Below are positions 12,746 through 24,242 of a DNA stretch of 64,000 nucleotides, one piece after another. The position numbers and the translations under genes are program-made. A model generated the notes under the pieces. The model had not been told where the DNA came from. It saw nothing but the letters and a program-made list of their open reading frames with translations, and did not search any database. Source of the stretch: Azolla caroliniana (taxonomy: Eukaryota > Plantae > Polypodiophyta). Every line of letters begins with the position of its first letter. Position 1 is the first letter of the stretch. Location of the stretch: positions 26,784,001 to 26,848,000 of the forward strand of contig JBHGNT010000001.1 in the NCBI GenBank assembly GCA_043228905.1, given 5' to 3'.

Positions 12746-13237
12746 TGTTGTCCATAGGCCAGAAATATAAATACATTATGTAAACTCACTGGTAGGTAGA
12801 ATAGTAGGAGAGGAAATAGGTAGAACTAGAAATAGTCGAGTTTTTAGCCCTCACAATCAATCGATGGCTCGGCCCTATCTAAGGAGGAAAACTATATAAA
12901 CCGAGATCTGCATACCTCAAGGGGGGCAGCTAGATTATTTAGCGAGATTACTATTGTAGCACCGAGCTCTGCACACTGTTTCCGGCCGAGAGCCGTGTAC
13001 TGTAATCGTTGTGAGATTCTCATTCAATATAAATCTCGCTCTTACTGTTCCTTCATCTATGTATTCTCCCCGGTACTCGCAATCGAGCTACGTCTATGCC
13101 TAACGGGTTGTAGCCCATGTACCCTCCTCGTTCTCATATTGTCTTCTCAGTGTAGAAGAGGTTTCCACGTAACACGACCCCTTGATATAGATAGCCTGTG
13201 GGCTCATCGAAGGTGTTTCCCCCAGAAACGGTTAACA
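12746..13237 (+). repeat. 5' LTR of element C (492 bp)
   Basis: TGTT...AACA termini; CTATATAAA at about 12892; immediately followed by a PBS; partner LTR not in the window. Confidence 0.75.
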
Positions 13238-13242
13238 CAATT

Positions 13243-13253
13243 TGGCACGCCCG
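13243..13253 (+). promoter_or_regulatory. Primer-binding site of C (tRNA-Arg-like)
   Basis: TGGCACGCCCG, 5 nt after the LTR; complementary to the recalled plant tRNA-Arg 3' end ...CGGGCGTG-CCA. Confidence 0.75.
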
Positions 13254-13560
13254 ATTATAGCTGTAAGGTCACAACGAACTACGTAGGAGGCAAACCTCAG
13301 CCGCCATTATGCCACCCAATTGCATCACGCGGTCTCGGCCACCTGCCCGACGCCCTGAGCCAGTCGAAGGAACTTCCGACTCAGCTGTCACTGACCAATC
13401 TTTCCAGGAACTATCGGAGGCTCACCGGTTGCAATCCTCGCCACCTGATAACCAGTCGCGAGTTGATTCTGCACCGACCTCCCCGACAAGCTGTCTAGAG
13501 GTCACCCAACCAGACCCTAACCCTTTTCCGGCTTTACCTGAAGACCCAGATCTCGACACC

Positions 13561-14830
13561 ATGCCTTACCCTTACCCTTACCCACGACATACAGATGGCC
13601 TCTACGTGGAATCGCACACCCATGCTTTCGTGTCCACATGGAAGGCCAACCACTCGACGCAGCAGTTATCGGCTGCCGAGATCGAGTCCTCCAAAATCGT
13701 GGAATTTGCTCTATCCCTCGATGGCATGGCTACTCGATGGTACTCTCGCCTCGACATGGGGGAGGTCACAACGTTCCAGGACGTCCGAACAAAGTTTCTA
13801 GAATTATTTCACCGCGAAGTTCCGAAGCGCAAATTGCTCCGACAGTTCTTTTCCATGAGCCAAGAACCTCACGAGACGGTCGCCCAGTTCACGATCCGGT
13901 TTCAGGATCTCTACCGACAACTGGACGACATGTCTCCGCTCATCACATTCCGGATACCTTCCTATCCAGCCGATGGGAGCCTCTATGGACGACTCTCGCA
14001 CTTACCAATTTCTCTAACCAGACAATTGAGCAAGTCATCGCACGCGTCCTCGCCATCGATCGAACACAGTATAACACGACTTTCTCCATGGGCTCTCTGT
14101 AAAGCACCCTTCCTCAGGAGGACAATCGTTTCCAACAAGCCCTCCAATGCATGGCCTGCTCAGGCTCAGGCCATCTGGCTCTCGAGTGCCCTCATCGGCC
14201 ACACTCTCCACTATGTCAGTCCCGATCTCACACGATCAAACAATGTGAATACAACATACTCAACCACACAACGACGGCTCCGGTTCGCCAGATCGAGCCT
14301 CGAAATACATACTCATGGCAAGACGAACGTTAGTCATACAGGACATCGGGCAAATGAGTGACCACGATCCCCTGATCGCCAACGTCGCGACGACGACTAC
14401 CGCCGCAACAACGACTGTTACCGCCACGACAATGGCAGGAGATCAGACGACCGCCGTGACCAATACCACGATGACCAATATAGAGCAAACGACAAGTATG
14501 ATCGGTATGACGACGACCAGGATGACTTGGTACGATCAGCGGTATTCGCGCAACGATAGACGAAACTCTTACCTAGGTTCGTGGAACCAGCGACGGCATA
14601 ACGACAACCGTCGTCGGGACCCTCCTCCAAACGTACCACACAACTCTCTTCCCCATAACGCACCACGGGCCAACACGCCTACACTAGCGGTTGGGAACCA
14701 CTCACACCCTCTCCCACACACGGAGCACGGTGACACCAACAACTCGGAATCGGTTACCTGCTTTACGTGTAACCAACCCGGTACGGTGACACTACCCAAT
14801 GCCCAACCACTGACTGCGGTAAAGCCCCGA
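13561..14830 (+). pseudogene. gag: C gag (frameshifted), with Zn-knuckle remnants
   Basis: PYPYP...EFALSLDGMATRWY...FLELFH...QEPHETVAQFTIRFQ; CCHC-like motifs near 14150 and 14757; homologous to E gag. Confidence 0.85.
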
Positions 14831-14832
14831 CC

Positions 14833-17800
14833 GTGAATACTATTGTGGTCGACGTTCAACACATCACTACACGCAGCAAGACCCAAGCCACCCAATGGCA
14901 AGTACAAGATGACGTCCGACAAGCAACCAAGGAATGGATGGACACCGCCAATAAAAGCAACGTGGAGTGGATGCACGCAGAGATGCAGGACGTGACCATC
15001 GGCTCACCACTGGCCGCATAACCATCCACCGCGGCAGAAGATGACCATATGTGGGAAGCCCTTACCAGTTCTAAGATCTCGCTGCCATTGCATAAGCTTT
15101 TACTGCTCATGCCGCGCTTTCGGGATACCTTGGCTACGCTCACGACTAACGACAAATCGGCCGCAACCCCTGTCAACCTGGCAAAGCCAGGGACGGGCCC
15201 ACCCATCATGGATTCCCAAAATCCAGCCGTGAAAATTATGCTTAAAGGACGCGACCTTCATGGATGCATAATCAACGGTGGCTCCGGCGTGAACGTCATC
15301 AACGAGGCCACATGTCACACACTTGGTCTGAACCAATGGGAACCTTGCCCCTTTTGGCTTCAGATGGCCGATACGTGATCGGTTCGCCCCATAGGGTTAA
15401 TCCGCCACCTCGACTTCACGTTAGGAGGCCACATGTTCACTATCTCGGCAGTCGTGTTACGCCTCGAAGCTCCGGGTGCCTACCCAATGCTGCTGGGCCG
15501 ACCCAGGTTGCGCACAACAAATATTAAGCAACATTGCCAGCGAAATATGGTCTCTTTCCGTCGGGGGAAGACCAAGGTATGGGTAATAACAAAAGAATGC
15601 CTAACCACGCCTCACAACACCACACCCTTATACGCAGAAGGGGTACACATGCTCGACGGGTTAGCCGACGAAGAGGTGGATGACTTCCTGGAAGATCATC
15701 CCATGATCATACCCCTCATTCAACACACCACCAGACGAGGATGTCATGGCAGATTCACTTCCCTAGGACGAGGCCGATTCCACAACTATCGCGGAATTAC
15801 GACAAGCTCGGGATGCGTTTGAACGAGAACTCGACATCTCCCAGCGAGTCAAAGCATCAACGCTCGAGTCATTGAACCTCGGCTCCGACGAGAACCCACG
15901 TACACTACAAATCGCTAACAACTTACCAGCCGACGAACGCTCAACCTTGATACACCTGCTCACGGAGTATCATGATGTATTCGCATGGTCTTACACTATT
16001 ATGAAGGGATTGGATCCCCAATATTACCAACACTAAGTACACCTCCTGCCTGACACTCGGCCGGTCCAACAACGACGGTATCGTATGAACCCCAACTACG
16101 CGGCTAAGGTCAAAGAGGAAATCGACAAACTCCTTCGAGTAGGTTTTATACGCCCAGTAAAAAGAGCCACATGGTTAAGCCCAATCGTAGTCGTCCCCAA
16201 GAAAAATGGGAAAATATGCGCTTGCGTTGATTACCGCAAACTGAATGCCACGACAATCACAGATGGGTTGCCTCTCCCGTTCACGGATAGTGTCCTCGAC
16301 ACGGTGGTTGGTCATGAATGCTACAGTTTCCTCGATGGGTTTAGTGGCTATAATCAAATCAGAATGCACCCGGACGATCAGGAGAAAACGACGTTTGTCA
16401 TGGAATGGGGTGTCTTCGTGGCTGAGGTAATGATGTTCGGATTAAAAACGGCACCGACCACATTCTAAGGCATCATCACAGAGATTTTCAACGAGTATAT
16501 CCCGACGTTCATACAAGTTTTCCTTGACGACTTTGCCGTGTATGGCCAATGGCTGGAGCATATGACCCAGCTACGCCTCTGTCTCTAGCGATGTCGACAA
16601 GCTCGGTTGAGCTTAAATCCGGCAAAATGTGCGTTCTTGGTGACAAGCGGCAACCTGCTCGGGCACATAGTCAACCAGGAAGGTATCGCCATGGACCCGG
16701 ATAAAGTGCATGCACTTTTGAATGCTCCCGAGCCCTCTACCGCGAATGCTCTCATCCGATTCCTGGGCCAGATCAGATGGCATAGCCGGATGTTATGACA
16801 CCTGGCTGATTTTGCGACTCCATTGCACGCGGCTGTGCATCGACTCCCATTTCAGTGGTCTTCAATAGAAGTTTCGGCATTACCTCTTGGGCCGGAAATT
16901 CACATTCCACGTCGATCACTCGGCTCTCCTCTACTTGGTTGATAAGCAGGCCCTCACAGGTCGCCTGGCCTGATGGATGCTCCTGCTACAAGAGTTTGAT
17001 TTTCAGATCCAGCACCGGCTCGGAGTCCAACACGCCGGTAGCTGACTATCTAAGTCATCTCGAGTCAGGAGAACCAACAGAGTCCACGTACGATGATCTA
17101 CACGACGCCGCCCTTTTTAGTCTCGCAACGGTGCCAGACGAACATGAAGATGAATGGGTCACGGAGATGATCCATTTTCTTAGCACTAGCCTTCCTCCCG
17201 ACCACTTGACTGTCGACGCTCGGAAACAACTAGCGGTTAGGAGCCGAAACTTTTGTCTGATATCCGACACCCTCTACCACAAAGGCTCGGACGTCATCTG
17301 GTGTCATGCAATCCGTCAATTCGAGAAACACGCAATCCTCCAGGAGGCACATCACGGAATCTCGGGGGGACATTACGTTGGAGAGGCCATGGCAAGAAAA
17401 ATATGGCAGAGTGGTTTATGGTGGCCCACAACAAAAAAAGATGCTCATGAATTTTGTCGACAGTGTGATCTGTGTCAACGCATGGGACAACCGACCAAGC
17501 AAGCCCAGATGCCGCACCAACCCATTCTTTCGTTAGAGCCATTTCAAAAGTGGGGGTTAGATTTTGTGGGACCTTTCAAACCAGCCAAGGCACGCACTGA
17601 TAACAAATACATAATAGTGGCCACGGACTATTGCACAAAATGGGTCGAGGCTAAGGCATTGCGGGACAACACAACTACATCCACGGCAAAATTCGTATAC
17701 GAACATCTATGGTGCCGATATGGATGCCCAATCGAGCTCATTGGTGACCAAGGAGGGCATTTTATAAACCACATAATTCGTGAGCTCACTACACACTACG

Positions 17801-18494
17801 CGGTTGTACATAAGAAAAGTACACCGTACTATCCTCAGGCAAACGGATTGGCAGAGTTTACTAATAAAATTTGGCAAACAATCCTGAAAAAGATCGTCAA
17901 TGAGAACCGCACCGATTGGGATGACAAGCTCTAGAGTGCATTATGGGCGTATCGCACCACATTTAGAACTAGCATTCAATCTACACCCTTTCAGATGGCC
18001 TTTGGTTTGGAAGCAGTCATACCGATCGAGTTCCAAGTTCCGAGTGTCTGAGTTCAGGTTAAGGAAAGGCTACCTGAGGCCCAATCAGAGCAATATCGGT
18101 TCGAACAACTCCTCGAACTCGGCGAACATCAAGTGGCCAGCATGGCTCAACTGGAACAACGCCAACGACAACACAAAGCCTTCGTCGATCGTCACCGAAA
18201 AGGTACGGAGAAAACACTGACCATCGGCAAACCGGTACTGGTCTTCCAAACACGACTCGGTGCTATGCCGGGGAAATTAAGATTCCGATGGACATGCCCC
18301 TTCTGATAATTGACGAGTTTAACGGCACATTCCAACTCGGCACACATGTCGGAGACATCGTCAAAAGCTGGGTAAATGGATTCCGACTTGGACCTTACCA
18401 CGGGAATACCCCAGATAATCCCTCCGCCGAGTCCCACGGCACGGACCAGTTCTTGGACGACGCCACGAAGGCGGCCACATGTCCCCATCGGTAA
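14833..18494 (+). pseudogene. pol: C pol (PR-RT-RNase H-IN), multiply disrupted; much of RNase H deleted
   Basis: I(D/N)GGSGVN protease; WLSPIVVVPKKNGK..CVDYRKLN..FLDGFSGYNQI..FLDD RT; HHCC zinc finger, WGLDFVGP and PYYPQANGLAE integrase. Confidence 0.92.
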
Positions 18495-18975
18495 AATAAT
18501 GACCTACCCACCAAATGTATATAGTAGGAATGATTTTTAGCAGTTAAATTAGCCTTACCTAAAACTACCTAACTAATCACCCCAAATCACGACATTTTCT
18601 TAGGCGCATCAACTAGTCACCTTCACTTTAAAATAGAATATTTAAGGAGCATGCACACCAGACATAGCACTCTTGGGACGCGTGGCCATAATACCTTATT
18701 ATGGCAGCCACAACCAAGAATCTAAAGGATCTTCTCCCTGCACAAAACCCTAGGTAGTCACATAAAAGAAACTAGCCCACACACAACGCGCCCATTGACA
18801 TAGAAGTGTTCTTGCCTTCACCGCCTTCAAGCTCCCAAGCTCTCTCTCATTCTAATTGCTCCTACAAACAGGCCTCCTCTCGCCCTCGTAGGCCCTGCAC
18901 AGAATAACGGTGTTCTCCCCAACCATCTTCTTCCATCTCTCTGTCTCGCCCTCGTTCCATCGCTTACCCTCACGC

Positions 18976-19446
18976 TGTCATGATAACAGTCACATCATGC
19001 ATCGAAAGGATCATGACACTCACATTATGACTTGAAAGGATTTGAACCCACGACCTTGTTGTACACATGTCAAATCCTTAACCATTGTATTAATATTCTT
19101 ATATGTATAGTCTCTAGAATATGAAATCTAATATCATAGGAATATTCTATATTACTCTACATTCTAGAATGACCTAGAATATTCTAGAGTGTTCTATACC
19201 ACTAGAACCTTCTAGAATACTCTAGAGATCTTCTAGATTACTCTACATTCTAGGATAACCTAGAATATTCTAGAGAGTTCTCTATTACTTATAAATAGGG
19301 ATCTACCACCCATCCCAAACCTAAATTGGTTCAACGCCATTTTGTAGCCTACTCTTTGTAATCCATTTTACGCTTCAATATAATAATTTTCTTTCAATTA
19401 TCTCTCTATCTCTTTTTCTCTCTCTTTTTCTCACTCAGTCTTGACA
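18976..19446 (+). repeat. B 5' LTR
   Basis: Direct repeat of 31609-32080; TATAAATA at 19290-19297. Confidence 0.97.
19160..19282. promoter_or_regulatory. Heat-shock-element-like array in B U3
   Basis: Perfect nGAAnnTTCnnGAAn (AGAACCTTCTAGAAT, 19204-19218) among many TTCTAGAA/GAATATTC units directly upstream of the TATA box. Confidence 0.65.
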
Positions 19447-19448
19447 GT

Positions 19449-19461
19449 TTGAACCAATTTA
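19449..19461 (+). promoter_or_regulatory. Self-priming (Tf1-like) primer-binding site of B
   Basis: TTGAACCAATTTA is the exact reverse complement of TAAATTGGTTCAA at 19322-19334, about 30 nt after the TATA box; no TGG-initiated tRNA PBS present. Confidence 0.8.
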
Positions 19462-19534
19462 TTTCCTTTCATCTCTTCGTCTTCCACAAACCCTAACAAG
19501 TTCTCTTCTTCCTTCTCCTCTCTCCTCATAAGCT

Positions 19535-20659
19535 ATGGAGTCCGTGAGCAAACAAGAATACATGCGTGTTCTTTCTGAGCTCGACATGCTCACGAATAAA
19601 TTTGTGGCATTAGAGCATGAGAATCAAAGGCTACTTGGAGATCTACAACACGTGAGCGCCGAAAAAGCTCAACAATATGAAGAGTTATCACAGCGGGTTC
19701 ATCAACTTGAGGCGACTATATTGTCATTACGAGAGCAAGCGTCGGGGGCTCAGAACTCCCCTAGAGAGCCAAAGATCAGCCTCCCTGCCAAGTTTGATGG
19801 TACGAGATCTTTATTTCGAGGCTTTTTGAATCAAGTTCGTTTAGTTATTCAGCTACATCCCAATCGGTATCCAACTGATGCTGCTCGTGTGGGATTAGTG
19901 GGAACTTTGCTATGCGGTACGGCGTTAGCATGGTTCGCACCACTTCTCGAGAAGAAATCACCATTGATGAAGGATTTCGAGGCCTTTGTTAAAGAGTTTC
20001 AAGCTAGTTTCGGAGACACCGACAACACTAGGACAGCGATAAACAAGATTCGAAGGCTCCGACAAGGAGATCGTCCCGCGTCATCTTATGCAGCCGATTT
20101 CCGTCTCTTGGCATGCGATATCCCTTGGGATGAGGCAGCTTTAATGGATCAATTCCGTCAAGGTTTGAGAAATGATGTCAAAGATCTTCTTCTTACTTTC
20201 CCTGAAGATCCGAAGTCACTTACAGAAGCCATTAGTCGAGCTGTGCGATGTGATAATCGCCTATTTGAGCGACGTTCTGAGCGCCAACAAATGTTACGCC
20301 GCCAACCTGAACAGACTTACGCTTCCGTAGTCGCAACGCCTCCACAAGTTTCTAGACCCATTACAAGGGATGGCCCAACTCCGATGGAAATAGAGTCAAC
20401 ACAACGTCGTGGGCCGTTATCAGATGCTGAGAAACAACGACGTCGAGCGCATCGCCTTTGCCTGTATTGTGGTGGTCCAGGACATATAGCTGTAAATTGT
20501 CCACATAAACCTAGGCGTCAAGTATACCAAGTAAGTGCCCATGAAAACCCTACATCGAGTTCTATTGTTACTTCTAATAACATAAATAAGCCTCATAGTC
20601 CATGTCATGAGAATAGATTCGATGTCTTGAGTCAATTAGAGGATGTGTTAAACGAGTAA
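19535..20659 (+). CDS. gag: B Gag (374 aa, intact)
   Basis: P.KFDG.R..F..FL capsid motif, LRQG major homology region, GPTPME, CLYCGGPGHIAVNC zinc knuckle. Confidence 0.95.
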   Translation: MESVSKQEYMRVLSELDMLTNKFVALEHENQRLLGDLQHVSAEKAQQYEELSQRVHQLEATILSLREQASGAQNSPREPKISLPAKFDGTRSLFRGFLNQVRLVIQLHPNRYPTDAARVGLVGTLLCGTALAWFAPLLEKKSPLMKDFEAFVKEFQASFGDTDNTRTAINKIRRLRQGDRPASSYAADFRLLACDIPWDEAALMDQFRQGLRNDVKDLLLTFPEDPKSLTEAISRAVRCDNRLFERRSERQQMLRRQPEQTYASVVATPPQVSRPITRDGPTPMEIESTQRRGPLSDAEKQRRRAHRLCLYCGGPGHIAVNCPHKPRRQVYQVSAHENPTSSSIVTSNNINKPHSPCHENRFDVLSQLEDVLNE

Positions 20660-20698
20660 GTCCGGCCAAAATAGGAGCCATTTGGCTGGACCATCCTA
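20647..20698 (+). promoter_or_regulatory. -1 ribosomal frameshift signal (slippery G TTA AAC plus pseudoknot) at the B gag/pol junction
   Basis: The -1 frame is open from 20650 into the protease; stem GTCCGGCCAAA/TTTGGCTGGAC at 20660-20691; loop TAGGA can pair with TCCTA at 20694-20698. Confidence 0.8.
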
Positions 20699-21274
20699 GC
20701 TATGTAGAGTTAGTTCTTAGTCGTGGTTCCATTTCATCAAATCAAGTGAGTCGAGTTTTTTCAGCACAAGTCGAGCTTACCACATCTACATGTCATCGAG
20801 TCCTAGCCTCTGCCCTTCTAGATTCTGGAGCCAACTCTTGTTTCATGGATCGTGAATTTGCCTTGTCACAAAACATCCTCTTGAATAAGCTTCCCAACCC
20901 AGTAGCCGTAGGAGTCATCGATGGACGTCCCATAGCATCAGGAGATATAGTCGAGGAGTCCGAGCCAATTAGGATAGTTCTTGGCAATTTGGCAAGCATA
21001 ATCTCTTTCAATATTATTCGTAGTCCGGACCACCCAATAGTTCTAGGTCTCCCCTGGTTTGAACTCCATAACCCGAAGATTGATTGGATGAAAAGAACAA
21101 TTGAGGAGACTCGGGACAAAAGCACAAATCCCGCATCCCTCTCTCCTACATGTGCTAATAGATCCCCGGAGTTATCGCCCATCTCTTTACGACAGTTGCG
21201 GGAGGAAGGGGGGAACGAGGCCATGTTCGTCTTCGCAATAGTAGCAACTCCATCATCCACTTCACGTAACACGG
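20650..21274 (+). CDS. pol: B pol 5' part (aspartic protease), split by insertion A
   Basis: ALLDSGANSCFMD...IVLGLPW; removing A and one ACGG copy restores the frame ...RNT-DIKLPEKY... Confidence 0.92.
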
Positions 21275-22071
21275 TGTCGTGAAGAAAACCGTCCATAGGC
21301 GGAATCGGCGCACCCAGGCGTGGGAACTGGTTCTTCACGCGCGCAAGCTCCAAGTTGTACATAGAAGCGAATTAGGAGGATAATCGGCAGGAACGGGCCC
21401 TAACACAAGTGGAGACAAAGACCGCGCGAACAGTCTTTTCGGTCGCGCGCGCGAGCGAAGGAACTGTACGAGTCGGCGGCGTAACTACGCGGACGCGTGA
21501 AGGACGGAGCGGATCCCTGTCCAAAAGGGACAGGGAATAAAGCTGACATGACGGCCTGCTCGTCGGCCTATATAAGGAGCAGGAAAGAGCTGTTGCAGGC
21601 ATCTCGCGCAGAGAGGACGAAGTGCTGTCGGACCGTTTCTGGACGCTTCTCTCTCTGTTTCCTTCCTTCTTGAGCTCCATAGCTTTTCTGTGTAGGGTTC
21701 CGAGGAGGCTCGCGCTGTTTCGAGGAACGCCCGAGTGCTTCCGGCAGCACCTCCGACCGACCTGCTACCCCTTTGTGCGTCGAAGCGAACAGGCATCGAC
21801 ATCTGTTCGCCGGCCTGTTCGGTTGTAACCAACCTGTGCCCCATCGAGGGTTGTGGTCGTGTTAGCCATTTTCCTTAATATACATATTTAGTCATTCGCA
21901 TTTGTCTGTGTCGGTGTCTGTTCGCGTTCTCCGTGCTGAAGGGCCGTGTCCCTGTGTATCCCCGGTCCTGCGTAGCCGGTTCTCTCTCTTTCTCCTCCCT
22001 CGCTTGCTCTTTGGTTCGAGACCCCCGCGGTCCCGCCTCGTTTCCACACGCACTTGCGTAATATCTCGACA
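21275..22071 (+). repeat. A 5' LTR
   Basis: TGTCG...CGACA; CCTATATAAG at about 21567; repeated at 27793-28589. Confidence 0.97.
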
Positions 22072-22075
22072 TCTT

Positions 22076-22092
22076 TGGTGAACCCGACGTGA
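22076..22092 (+). promoter_or_regulatory. PBS complementary to tRNA-Trp
   Basis: TGGTGAACCCGACGTGA; same motif in D (39207-39223, minus, one mismatch) and F (62962-62978, minus). Confidence 0.88.
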
Positions 22093-22115
22093 AAGAGGCG
22101 GCAGAAGAGCAGAAG

Positions 22116-24242
22116 ATGAGGGGGTCGGATCTTGCAGAGGCCATGGCTTCGGCCGTGGATCGGATTGTAAACGCGAGCGAGGGCACCGGTGCCCTCGACA
22201 GAGCTATTTAGGCGGTCGTCGGCACGATCGGCCGGTTCGATGGGAAGGATGCCACAAAGTATTTGGCGTCCTACGGTGCAGAGATGCTGATGCGGGACAT
22301 TCCGGAAGAAAGGCGTCTTGCCGGATTTCCCCGAGTGGCGATGCCGAGCATCCATGTGGAGGTGCTCGAGGTGCGGGCGGAGAGCCGTACCTGGGAGGAG
22401 TTCGAAGGTCGGCTCCTAGAGAAATACGGGCTGGACGACGCGCTCCGGCTTTCGAAGCGAAGGTTCATGGAATGGGTGGAGTCCCCGGGGAAGGGAAGAA
22501 ATGCGTCGGCACTCCTCCGGGAGTTCGAGGAAAACTTTGCGCGCCTTTCGGCGCTCGACCGAACCATCCTGGACACGAGCCGGGTCTTGCTGTTTGTCAA
22601 GTCGGTCGACGAGCGGGATCGGGAGCAAGTGGGCCTCTTGCTGGAAACCGAAGACGGGCTCACTACCGACTGGGCGGCTGTCAAGAAAGTCTGTGGCCAT
22701 TTCGACAAACGGCGAGAATGGGCGGATAACGGGGCAGCCGGGTCGGGCTCGGTCGCAGCAAGGAAGCTCGAACCAGCGCCACAGGTGCGAAAGGAAGAGA
22801 CCCGAGAGTGGTTGGAAACCGGTTCGGCTTCGATCGGCGTAGTCAGAGGCTCAACCGGAGGAGCGGCGCTGGAGGAATTGACGAGGGCGATAAAGGACCT
22901 CCAAATCGCGCAAGCCCGAAGGGAAGGTGGCGAACCGGCTCGTGACCGACGGCTGGCGGCAGGAAACAGGTGCATGTGGTGCGATGAAGTCGGCCACATT
23001 CGGAAGGACTGCGGCGACTTCGCGGAGGCGCTGAGGAATAGGGTGGTGTACCTGTGGGAAGGACTGGTGCATGCCAGCGACACCCGAAGGGCCCTGAGCC
23101 GAAACAACGGGCGAGGTGGTATGAAAAGGTTGATGGAAGAGGCGGCGGCCCGACACGCGGAAACCGTCCACTACTCGGCGTCGGCCGGCATTCGAGTCGG
23201 GGGCGGCGAGGCCCGAAGGGAAAGCAAAGCCGGATTCTGGCCGACGATGCTGGAAGGCCTTGCCGGTGCAAGGCTTAAAAGGGAGGAATCGGACCGTGCG
23301 GAGAAACGAGTACGAGAGATGACCGGGTGGAGCGACCCGGTCGAGGAAAAGACGGGCTTCGTGGAAGCTGCTTGCCAGAACTACGAGGCTCTGGTAGAAG
23401 AGAAGCGGGTGGGGAAACCCGGGACGACCGGGCCCTCACAACGGTACGAGACCCGGTCCGGCCCACGACGGGACGAAGCCGGCGGGGCCGGTACGCAAGA
23501 TAAACCCCAGAAGGGCGGGTACCGTCTGGGGACGGAGATAGAAAGGACCACGGACTTACGAAAGGTCCTGGAGGAACGGATCCTCGACAGCAAGGTGGAG
23601 CTGTCGTTACGAGAGGTGCTGGGAATCGCCAAGAAGGAGTTCCATGACTCCATCGTGGACTTGGTGAAACGGAAGAGGCTGTCAACGGAGACAGAACCGG
23701 AGAGACCGGTGGAAGTGCGGACGACGCACCTAGACGACATGGCGCTGGGAGACGAGTGGGCGGAAAGCCACTATTCGAGACCACACTGGGCCCGAGCGAC
23801 CACGGAAACCCCGGTGAAGATCGGCGATGTCCAGGAACCGGTGATAGCTTTGGTGGACCACGGATCGGAGATCAATTTGATGTCCATGGACTTCTATAAG
23901 AAGGGCAAATGGCCGATCAACACCAAGCACGGGTGGAAAATAAGGGCAGCAACGCGTGCCACCGAGGAACTGCACGGGGCTTGTTCGAATGTGCGAGTCA
24001 AGATCGGCGACGTCGAGATTGACCAGCACTTCTTCGTGCAGGAGACGTCTTCGCATCCGGTCATTCTGGGAGAGCCGTACATCACGGCGGCGCGAATGGA
24101 GACCAAAGTGCTGGACAATGGTTCGGCCTACGCGAGGGTCAAAAGCCAAGACGGGCGCCATTCGGTCCAGTTTCTGACGGTACGACCGAACCACGAACGT
24201 AACCGCGATTCCCTCGGTTCCGAAAACCGAGAGGATTTTTAG
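22116..24242 (+). pseudogene. gag: A Gag-protease ORF with a single premature stop (TAG at 22209-22211)
   Basis: The ATG at 22116 matches F MRGSDLAEAMAS; CMWCDEVGHIRKDC knuckle; ALVDHGSEINLM protease; F has GAG at the stop position. Confidence 0.9.

Noticed and set aside
21372-21844. Identical short ORFs repeated at 27890-28362
   Set aside because: They lie in the two LTRs of A; the duplication reflects the LTRs, not genes
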